Below, piece after piece: positions 25,788 through 32,000 of a DNA stretch of 32,000 nucleotides (within the stretch, counting starts at the first letter, position 1; every line of letters starts with the position of its first letter). The position numbers were made by a program, and so were the translations under genes. The notes under the pieces are model-generated. The model had not been told where the DNA came from, searched no databases, and saw only the letters and a program-made list of their open reading frames with translations. The stretch comes from an uncultured archaeon (GTDB lineage: Archaea > Iainarchaeota > Iainarchaeia > Iainarchaeales > CSSED10-239): contig CAYXWT010000003.1 in the NCBI GenBank assembly GCA_964468895.1, positions 5,380-37,379 of the forward strand. Reading direction: 5' to 3'.

Positions 25788-26279
25788 ATGAATTCAAAAA
25801 AAGCAATATCTCCATTAATAGCAACTATTCTTTTAGTAGTTGTAGCAGTTGTATTAGTAACAATTGTTTTAAGTTGGAGTAAAACATTTTCAAATGAAAG
25901 TTTAGATGTAGCAAGTAATGTAGTAGATAATAGTTGTACTGATATGATCGGTTCTCTATATATAAGCGATTGTCAAATATTAAGTGATGGTAATGTTACT
26001 TTCTTTTTAACAAACTCAAGTAATGATTATACATATCCTGACGGAGATGGAGTTTTGAAAATTAATTTAACTGATGGTGTTGGAAATATAGACTCTCAAG
26101 TTGATGTGAATAGTAGTCTAAATCACATTACTGCAGGATGGGGTAGTTTTGGACCTGGAGAAGTTGAATCTATTAAAATAGATGTTGATAGTGTTGAAGA
26201 CTCAAATCCTATTTACGTAGAAGTTAAATCTGTAGCTTGTCCTTCAGATGCATATGCAACAGCTGTATGTAGAGAATAA
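25788..26279 (+). CDS. archaeal type IV pilin-like protein, paralog 2
   Basis: MNSKKAISPLIATILLVVVAVVLVTIVLSW. Four Cys: C-x11-C and a C-terminal C-x9-C. Confidence 0.82.
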   Translation: MNSKKAISPLIATILLVVVAVVLVTIVLSWSKTFSNESLDVASNVVDNSCTDMIGSLYISDCQILSDGNVTFFLTNSSNDYTYPDGDGVLKINLTDGVGNIDSQVDVNSSLNHITAGWGSFGPGEVESIKIDVDSVEDSNPIYVEVKSVACPSDAYATAVCRE

Positions 26280-26300
26280 ATATATAAGATTTGTTAAAAT

Positions 26301-26756
26301 ATGAGTTTAGTCAAACTAAAAGCTGTTTCACCGTTGATAGCAGTTGTATTATTAGTGATTGTTGCTGTAGCAATAGTTACTATACTGTTATCTTGGTCAC
26401 AGAATTATGTTCAAAGAAGTACAGCATCAGTAGATGATGCTATTGATACAAGTTGTATAGGTGTAGATATATCTGTACTTAGCTGTGATTATAATTCTGT
26501 GTCTGATGAATTTACTTTTATAATGGTTAATTCTGGTAATATAGATTTTACTACTAATAATACTTTTTCTTTAATATTAATAGATTCAGATAATAATCTT
26601 ACTAATAAATCTAACATTATTGATTCTGTGGCTTTTAATAAAGGTGAATCTCAAAAAGTAGTAATTGAAGATTATGAAGATGCAGAAACACCTATAAAAA
26701 TGGAAATTAGAAGTAGTTCTTGTAGTGGCTTTTTTGAAACCAAAACTTGTCATTAA
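26301..26756 (+). CDS. archaeal type IV pilin-like protein, paralog 3
   Basis: KLKAVSPLIAVVLLVIVAVAIVTILLSW. Four Cys: C-x9-C and a C-terminal C-x8-C. Confidence 0.82.
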   Translation: MSLVKLKAVSPLIAVVLLVIVAVAIVTILLSWSQNYVQRSTASVDDAIDTSCIGVDISVLSCDYNSVSDEFTFIMVNSGNIDFTTNNTFSLILIDSDNNLTNKSNIIDSVAFNKGESQKVVIEDYEDAETPIKMEIRSSSCSGFFETKTCH

Positions 26757-27256
26757 ATCTTTTCTATTTTTATCTTTATTATTTTTTTTTGATTATCTAT
26801 AATTGCAAGAATATATTTAGCATGTATTGAATTTGCTAATCTTTCAGATTTAATTATTTCTTTCATTGTATCTTTATATGTTCTTTTTACATCTATGACT
26901 TCTTGAGTATGAGTATGTTCTTTACTATTTTTATAAACTCTAAAATCAAAACCAAATAAAGCACCATCTTTAATTATTTTCCCATTATCTCTATATTCTT
27001 TAAATACAATATATTTATCTTCAAAGTTTTTAATTTTTTTATTACAAATATCTATCATTTTTGTAATATTTATTATAGAATTTAGTTTATCTTTAATTTT
27101 AATTTTTTTCTTTTCAAGTAAATAAAAGCTTTCAAATAAATCTAAATAATAATCTAAATTTACTTTGTATCCAAAGCCTTTAGATTTTAATTTACTTTTT
27201 AAAGTATTATTTTCTATTTTACAATTATTACTATTATTATTAAGTATTACAAACAT
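26753..27256 (-). CDS. endA: tRNA-splicing endonuclease (EndA, short homotetramer-type subunit)
   Basis: 167 aa. LDLFESFYLLEKKKIKI, YIVFKEYRDNGKIIKDGALFGFDFRVY (catalytic Tyr region), a His-rich block HTHTQEVIDV and RLANSIHAKYILAI (Lys region) match EndA. Confidence 0.8.
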   Translation of the reverse strand: MFVILNNNSNNCKIENNTLKSKLKSKGFGYKVNLDYYLDLFESFYLLEKKKIKIKDKLNSIINITKMIDICNKKIKNFEDKYIVFKEYRDNGKIIKDGALFGFDFRVYKNSKEHTHTQEVIDVKRTYKDTMKEIIKSERLANSIHAKYILAIIDNQKKIIKIKIEKI

Positions 27257-27279
27257 ATTTTTTCAACCAATTATTTATT

Positions 27280-27567
27280 TTATTTATATAATGTGAACAA
27301 ATTTCTATCTACTCCATAAAATAGGCCAATTCTAACACCTGCATCAATCCATCCATATGCATATGAATATGATGCTAAAGCTTTAACAAAATCTTCTTTT
27401 TCTTCTAAGTATTTTCCATCATTAAGATAATTAGTAGCCATTTCTAAATAATTATCTGCAATTTCTTTTAAGAAAGATGTGTTTTTAATATTTATTTCAA
27501 TAGTTGAAAGTGCTTTTTCAAGTATGTTTTTATATTTTAAACAATATTCTCTGCAATCTGTATTCAT
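27280..27567 (-). CDS. DUF357-family protein (conserved archaeal, unknown function)
   Basis: 95 aa. LEMATNYLNDGKYLEEKEDFVKALASYSYAYGWIDAGVRIGL matches the DUF357 signature (A-x-x-S-Y-A-x-G-W-L/I-D-A-G). Confidence 0.7.
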   Translation of the reverse strand: MNTDCREYCLKYKNILEKALSTIEINIKNTSFLKEIADNYLEMATNYLNDGKYLEEKEDFVKALASYSYAYGWIDAGVRIGLFYGVDRNLFTLYK

Positions 27568-28288
27568 CTATAGCCACCTTTTCAAATTCATTTAATTCTC
27601 CACAAATAATTAATGATTGAGGATATTTATTACAATTAATTTTATTATAATCTTTAAATTTAAATGAAATAATTTCTTGTTCATCTGATCCCATTGCAGC
27701 AATTAGAACACATTCTTTTTCAGAAAGTATTTTTTCTTTATTAATATCAATTTCGGAAAGTAATTCACATGCTTCTTTTATATTCATAAGTCTATTTTCA
27801 TTAATTTTAATATCTAATAAACAAAGTGTATGTGCTTTTATTTTAAGATTATCTAATATCATATTATAGAAACTAGTTGGTTTATAGTTTTTACTATGAT
27901 ATACAATACTTGTAGTTTTTCCAAATTTATATTCAAATAACCCACAAATTCCTTTGTAATTAAATATTGAAATTCCAAGTATTATTTTTAAAGGTATTTT
28001 TCTTTTTTTAGCTTCTTGAACTACTGTATAATGTGTAGTTGCTGATAAGGGTGAACCTATTACTAATAATGCTGAATTATCCTTTAAATATAAAAGATCT
28101 TGTTCTAGTTCTTTTCTATTTAACAATGTTATTTTTTTGGAAATGATTTCTTCTAGTTCGCTAATATCCCCAGAACTAAATTTATTTGTATAATTATCAA
28201 TATATATATCTTCACAATCTTTAATAGCATTTATTGCTTCTAAAGTAATTTGTGTAGTATTTAATCCAATTCCTATTATATAAAACAT
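27530..28288 (-). CDS. dph5: diphthine synthase (Dph5)
   Basis: MFYIIGIGLNTTQITLEAINAIKDCEDIYIDNYT and LLVIGSPLSATTH match Dph5 (tetrapyrrole-methylase fold). The track start is GTG 28297; ATG 28288 is more likely. The 3' end overlaps the DUF357 gene by 38 nt. Confidence 0.9.
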   Translation of the reverse strand: MFYIIGIGLNTTQITLEAINAIKDCEDIYIDNYTNKFSSGDISELEEIISKKITLLNRKELEQDLLYLKDNSALLVIGSPLSATTHYTVVQEAKKRKIPLKIILGISIFNYKGICGLFEYKFGKTTSIVYHSKNYKPTSFYNMILDNLKIKAHTLCLLDIKINENRLMNIKEACELLSEIDINKEKILSEKECVLIAAMGSDEQEIISFKFKDYNKINCNKYPQSLIICGELNEFEKVAIDEYRLQRILFKI

Positions 28289-28320
28289 TTTTATCACATT
28301 TTTAGGATTTATTAATTAAT

Positions 28321-28701
28321 TTAATAATATACTCCTATTTCTATATATATTTCTTTATTAGAACTTTTAATATACTTTATGGAATTAGAAATTAATCTTG
28401 TTTTAGATGTGTTTTTTAAATTTTCATTAATAATTAGTTTATTGTTATTTATTTTTATGTATGCTTTATTATTTGGAAACAGTTTTAGATAATTTTTTTT
28501 TAATATTTTTAAATCTTCTATATTTAGTTTTTGACAACTTAATAAAATATCATTTATTTTTTGAGTAATTATAATCTCTGTAATGTCATCTATATCATTA
28601 TAATTATTGTAGATATAATTTTCCTTTAAAATAAAAATCAAAGATATTATTAGTATAAGTGCGAATATACTATCTATTATCAAAACAAATCCTTTATTCA
28701 C
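28321..28701 (-). CDS. small pilin-like protein (minor pilin candidate), 4th gene of cassette
   Basis: 126 aa. MNKGFVLIIDSIFALILIISLIFIL has a short basic N-terminus, Gly, and then a hydrophobic helix with an acidic residue, as in class III signal peptides. The GTG start overlaps the upstream stop (GTGAATAA). Confidence 0.55.
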   Translation of the reverse strand: MNKGFVLIIDSIFALILIISLIFILKENYIYNNYNDIDDITEIIITQKINDILLSCQKLNIEDLKILKKNYLKLFPNNKAYIKINNNKLIINENLKNTSKTRLISNSIKYIKSSNKEIYIEIGVYY

Positions 28702-29110
28702 TAAAACAAACCTCTATAACTTTAAAAATATTGTTTTCTATAATTCCTCTATTATAACACGTAAGGGATTGTGTGTTTGAATTCAAATAAACTAAATTAG
28801 AGTTTATTTTAATATTATTAATATTTTTGAATTTTAAAATGTTATTAATTTTACTAATATCAATTTCATTACTATAGCATCTGTTCTTCTTTAATGCTAA
28901 ATTGGCACTATCTTTTATAATATTATCAACTAAGAGTATTTGTTCAAGTATTTTGAGGTCTTTGTTTTTATATTTGTATTTCAAATTATATTTTGAAAAT
29001 ACATTTAAACTTAAAAATATAATAAGAATTATTATAAGTAAAACTATAAATACCTCAAATATAAATATTTGTGCATTTCTATTTTTTAGGAATTGTTTTT
29101 TTATATTCAT
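28694..29110 (-). CDS. small pilin-like protein (minor pilin candidate), 3rd gene of cassette
   Basis: 138 aa. MNIKKQFLKNRNAQIFIFEVFIVLLIIILIIF has a basic leader, Ala-Gln, and a hydrophobic helix with an early Glu. Confidence 0.55.
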   Translation of the reverse strand: MNIKKQFLKNRNAQIFIFEVFIVLLIIILIIFLSLNVFSKYNLKYKYKNKDLKILEQILLVDNIIKDSANLALKKNRCYSNEIDISKINNILKFKNINNIKINSNLVYLNSNTQSLTCYNRGIIENNIFKVIEVCFSE

Positions 29111-29324
29111 AAATACTATTTTTTATAAAATATTTTTCTTTTAAATAATTTAATTTTGTAATATATTTTATTTCAGAATCTTTTGAATTATATTTATCTT
29201 GTAAATTAACTTCTATGTTTATATAAAAAAAAAGAATTGTTATGATTATTAATATATATAAAATAAATTCTATAGATAGTTGTGCTTTTCTAGTTTTGAT
29301 TTTATTTTTAATTAATGCAAACAT
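29079..29324 (-). CDS. small pilin-like protein (minor pilin candidate), 2nd gene of cassette
   Basis: MFALIKNKIKTRKAQLSIEFILYILIIITILFF. RKAQLSIEF is a classic class III signal-peptide motif ([KR]-[GA]-Q-x-S-x-E-F) with Glu at +5 of the putative cleavage site. The track start is TTG 29333; ATG 29324 is likely. Confidence 0.62.
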   Translation of the reverse strand: MFALIKNKIKTRKAQLSIEFILYILIIITILFFYINIEVNLQDKYNSKDSEIKYITKLNYLKEKYFIKNSIYEYKKTIPKK

Positions 29325-29829
29325 ATTTTTCAACAGTGTAATTTTTTGGAAATAAATAGCTTAGTTCTAAATTATTATGTTTAATTTTTAATTTTAAATA
29401 TAAATTTTTATTTATAGAATTAGTTATAATATATCTTTTAACTAATAAGTTATCATTAGCTTTGTATACTATAACTTTAGTAATATTATCAAGCTTTGAT
29501 AAATTTACTAATTCTTCTTTTTTAGTATTTACATTTTGTATATAAAAAAAGTTATTTTTACTTTTAAAGTAATTTATTAGATTAACATTTATACTTTCCT
29601 TTAAAATTAAAGGATTATCAATTTCATTATTAAGATTAATCTCAATAATCTTATTTATATTAAGTATATTGTTTTCTTTTTCTAAATCTAGATAACTTAC
29701 AATGCTTATATCTTTATAATCTATAAATGTGTTTTTTATATTACTGTTTTTAATTAAACTAATTATAAATATAGATAATAGCAAAATAGATATTATGCTT
29801 ACAAATGCTTTTTTGTTTTTAAAAAACAT
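29308..29829 (-). CDS. pilin-like protein (minor pilin candidate), 1st gene of cassette
   Basis: 173 aa. MFFKNKKAFVSIISILLLSIFIISLI has a basic leader, Ala, and then a hydrophobic helix. The remainder is Asn-rich with no recognised domain. Confidence 0.5.
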   Translation of the reverse strand: MFFKNKKAFVSIISILLLSIFIISLIKNSNIKNTFIDYKDISIVSYLDLEKENNILNINKIIEINLNNEIDNPLILKESINVNLINYFKSKNNFFYIQNVNTKKEELVNLSKLDNITKVIVYKANDNLLVKRYIITNSINKNLYLKLKIKHNNLELSYLFPKNYTVEKYVCIN

Positions 29830-29938
29830 AGTATTTGTTGTATATTTAGTATTTATTTAACTTTGTTTTACTTTTTTTGTAATTTTTATTTTAATAAATA
29901 ATAAAATATAAGAAAATAAGAAAAAGATGAAATAGAAA

Positions 29939-30127
29939 TTAACATCTTTGAAGTAACAAATCATCATTTTTTCTAAAATCTATTTCTCCAAGTATATCTA
30001 CTAACATTTTTGTTTGATCTCTATTAAGTGATTTTGTAAGATCTATTCTTTTGAACAATGTATTTTTTAATTTTAATAGTAAAGTTGTTTGAACATTTAC
30101 TAAATCTTTTCTATCTAATATTTGCAT
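29939..30127 (-). CDS. small hypothetical protein, divergent from orc1 paralog 2
   Basis: 62-aa ORF with ATG start. No motif was recognised, so coding status is uncertain. Confidence 0.25.
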   Translation of the reverse strand: MQILDRKDLVNVQTTLLLKLKNTLFKRIDLTKSLNRDQTKMLVDILGEIDFRKNDDLLLQRC

Positions 30128-30298
30128 AAGTTATACACCTCTTTTTTTTAAAAACTTAATAATATTATAAGGTATTTAAAAGTGGAGTCATTTTTTGAAC
30201 AGTAAGTGGCCGTAGCAAATATACATAATTATCTACCAATATTATATATTTATAATAACATCCATTTACTATTTGTATGTACTTTAAAGTGATTTTAT

Positions 30299-31378
30299 TT
30301 GAAAAAAAATATATTTGCTGATAGAAATAAAAACCTAAAATCTATTTTTAAAGATGAAACTATTTTCTATTCAGAATTTATTCCTGAGAAAGTAAATTGT
30401 AGAGACATACAAGTCAAAGAGCTTACCTATTTATTAGAACCTATTAATAATAAAAAAAAAGCAAGTAATATTTTATTATATGGTCCGCCAGGAACTGGAA
30501 AAACAATGATGTCTAAGTTTGTTTTAAATGAATTAATAAATTATACTAAAAAAGCAAAATATATCATTATAAATGCAATTCAAGATAATTCTAGAATGGC
30601 AATATATTCTAAAATTGCAACCTTATTTAAGTTACCACTTCCTAGAAGAGGACTTGCTGTAGATGAAATTATAGATAGAATTAAAGAAGAATTATCTAAG
30701 TGTGATTTTATACCTATAATAGTTATTGATGAAATTGATCAATTAGATTCTAAACAATGTTCTAATTTGTTATATGATCTTACAAGAATTAATATTGATG
30801 ATAAATATTTTTGTTTATTGTTAATTACAAATCATAAAGATTTTGTTTTAAAACTAGATCCTAGAACTAAAAGTTCTTTATTTTTAAATTCTATTGAATT
30901 TAATAAATATAGTCCTAAAGATCTTAAAGATATATTAAATCAAAGAATAAGCTTTGGTTTGATTCCAAATTCTATTAGTAGTGATTTAGTAGGATTTATT
31001 GCAGGTTATTCTTCAAGAAGAGGTGGAGATGCAAGGATTGCTATTGATCTACTATATAAATCAGCAAAAGAAAGTGATAAGTGTGGCAATTTAGAGCTCA
31101 CTAAGGATGTTATTTTGAGTTCTTCTAAGTCTATAGATTATATCAAAATTAATGAAAAAATAAATTATTTAGGAAAAGGAGAACTAAAATTACTTCATAT
31201 TCTAGAAGATGGTATGTTAAGTACTGATATTTATTCTAAAAGTGAAATACCAGTACGTACTGTTAGAAGATATCTTTCAAATTTAGAAAAAGTAAATTTA
31301 ATTAGATTTGAAAATATTAATTCTAATACCGGTAGAACTAGAAAATTATTTTTAAATTTTGATAAATCTATAATTTAA
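30299..31378 (+). CDS. orc1: Orc1/Cdc6 replication initiator, paralog 2
   Basis: 359 aa. Motifs are Walker [11 protein letters not shown], Walker B VIDEIDQL, LITNH, LDPRTKSSL, GGDARIAIDLLYKSA and a C-terminal winged helix. The start is TTG and there is no nearby in-frame ATG. Confidence 0.88.
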   Translation: MKKNIFADRNKNLKSIFKDETIFYSEFIPEKVNCRDIQVKELTYLLEPINNKKKASNILLYGPPGTGKTMMSKFVLNELINYTKKAKYIIINAIQDNSRMAIYSKIATLFKLPLPRRGLAVDEIIDRIKEELSKCDFIPIIVIDEIDQLDSKQCSNLLYDLTRINIDDKYFCLLLITNHKDFVLKLDPRTKSSLFLNSIEFNKYSPKDLKDILNQRISFGLIPNSISSDLVGFIAGYSSRRGGDARIAIDLLYKSAKESDKCGNLELTKDVILSSSKSIDYIKINEKINYLGKGELKLLHILEDGMLSTDIYSKSEIPVRTVRRYLSNLEKVNLIRFENINSNTGRTRKLFLNFDKSII

Positions 31379-31412
31379 AATCTATATTTTAATAAATAAG
31401 TATTTTATAAAA

Positions 31413-31417
31413 GGAGG
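31413..31417 (+). promoter_or_regulatory. Shine-Dalgarno-like site (GGAGG)
   Basis: AAAGGAGGTTTAAACATG; GGAGG lies 7 nt upstream of ATG 31425. Confidence 0.55.
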
Positions 31418-31424
31418 TTTAAAC

Positions 31425-31877
31425 ATGTTTGGTTTTTTAAAAGGAAGTGCAGATATAATTCTTGATAATTATAATTATAAATTTGGAGACACTATTTCAG
31501 GAAAAATAGTTTTAGATTTAAAAAAGGATTTTTTAGCAAACTCTATATCTATTAGATTAATAGGTGAAAAAAGGACAATGTCTTATAGAGGTAATTCAAG
31601 ATCATCTAATAAGCAAAGATTTTTTGATTTTAAGCTTCCTTTAGATGGAAAAAAGATTTATCAAAAAGAAGAGTGCCCAATAGAATATGAATTTAAGATA
31701 GATATTCCAGAAAGTTTAAAACAAACTGAATCACAAGGAAATTTAAATAAAGTTATAGGAGCTATTAATTTACTTAAAGGTAATGATTCCACTATAAGAT
31801 GGTATTTGTTTGTAAAATTAGATGTTAGTAAGTCTTTATTTGATATTTCAAATAAAGTTCAAGTAAATATTACTTAA
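31425..31877 (+). CDS. hypothetical protein with an arrestin-N/Spo0M-like beta-sandwich pattern
   Basis: 150 aa. FGDTISGKIVLDLKKDFLANSISIRLIGEKRT ... EYEFKIDIPES ... IRWYLFVKLDV follows the G-x-x-I-x-G-x-V-x-L ... I-x-I-x-L-x-G-E ... Y-x-F-x-F-x-I-P ... W-x-L pattern of arrestin-like/Spo0M-type proteins. The assignment is weak. Confidence 0.35.
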   Translation: MFGFLKGSADIILDNYNYKFGDTISGKIVLDLKKDFLANSISIRLIGEKRTMSYRGNSRSSNKQRFFDFKLPLDGKKIYQKEECPIEYEFKIDIPESLKQTESQGNLNKVIGAINLLKGNDSTIRWYLFVKLDVSKSLFDISNKVQVNIT

Positions 31878-31898
31878 ATTAAAAAGTAATATTTACTT
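31861..31898 (+). terminator. perfect 15-bp inverted repeat (8-nt loop) straddling the stop codon; hairpin or terminator-like
   Basis: AAGTAAATATTACTT (31861-31875), AAATTAAA, AAGTAATATTTACTT (31884-31898). The second arm is the exact reverse complement of the first. The stop TAA is at 31875-31877. Confidence 0.45.
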
Positions 31899-32000
31899 AT
31901 AATTTCAAATTATAGAATTAGTTTTTATTTAAAAAAAGAAATTAAAAGAATAGTTAAAATAACTATTCACTATCTACTCTTGGTGCTAAGAAATATCTTA

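Noticed and set aside
28902-29144. 80-aa + strand ORF within the pilin-like cassette
   Set aside because: It is antisense to two - strand ORFs that carry coherent class III signal-peptide-like N-termini. Its own translation is low-complexity Ile/Phe/Ser.
1-32000. CRISPR arrays, rRNA genes, tRNA genes, transposases/integrases or IS terminal repeats
   Set aside because: I scanned all spacers longer than about 80 bp by eye. There are no regularly spaced repeats of CRISPR type, no GC-rich cloverleaf-sized blocks apart from the rejected 19.95-kb island, and no ORF with DDE, tyrosine or serine recombinase motifs.
1-32000. Alternative genetic code (stop codon reassignment)
   Set aside because: All recognised conserved genes are full-length under the standard code and end at sensible positions, mostly at TAA. 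No conserved domain is interrupted by an in-frame TGA or TAG.
31970-32000. Possible 3' end of a - strand CDS entering from beyond the window (KIFLSTKSR-stop)
   Set aside because: Only 9 codons are visible, which is far too short to tell apart from chance in AT-rich sequence.

Overview
This is a very AT-rich, tightly packed archaeal chromosomal segment. It carries archaeal and eukaryote-like informational genes: ribosomal proteins S3Ae/eS1 and S15, NAC, the Bud32 KEOPS kinase, two Orc1/Cdc6 paralogs, CDC48, DRG, tRNA-splicing endonuclease EndA, diphthine synthase and SepF. The proteins are rich in Asn, Lys and Ile and many are short, which fits a reduced-genome DPANN-like archaeon; this lineage call is an inference from gene content and composition only. 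I support about 42 CDSs. I found no rRNA, no convincing tRNA, no CRISPR array and no transposase or integrase. Five things stand out. (1) A two-part type IV pilus-like locus: on the + strand a platform protein split into two genes plus three paralogous four-cysteine pilins (23.4-26.8 kb), and on the - strand a four-gene cassette of small pilin-like proteins with a different signal-peptide type (28.3-29.8 kb). No assembly ATPase or prepilin peptidase is in the window. (2) An isolated viperin-like radical SAM gene (19.06-19.86 kb) flanked by unusually long spacers, one holding a GC-enriched three-hairpin island. (3) A low-coding-density accessory stretch (10.3-16.6 kb) with a reversed-order PIN/RHH-UPF0175 toxin-antitoxin pair, Orc1/Cdc6 with flanking repeats, a frame-disrupted pilin-like remnant, an Lrp-like regulator, an N-terminally truncated NFACT (RqcH-like) protein, a 556-bp noncoding region with hairpins and about 52-bp direct repeats, and a COG1373-type ATPase. 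(4) A bacterial-type ThiI-MnmA tRNA thiolation pair. (5) A DRG GTPase whose G3/G4 motifs look degenerate. All product calls come from motif recognition by eye; no database search was run.
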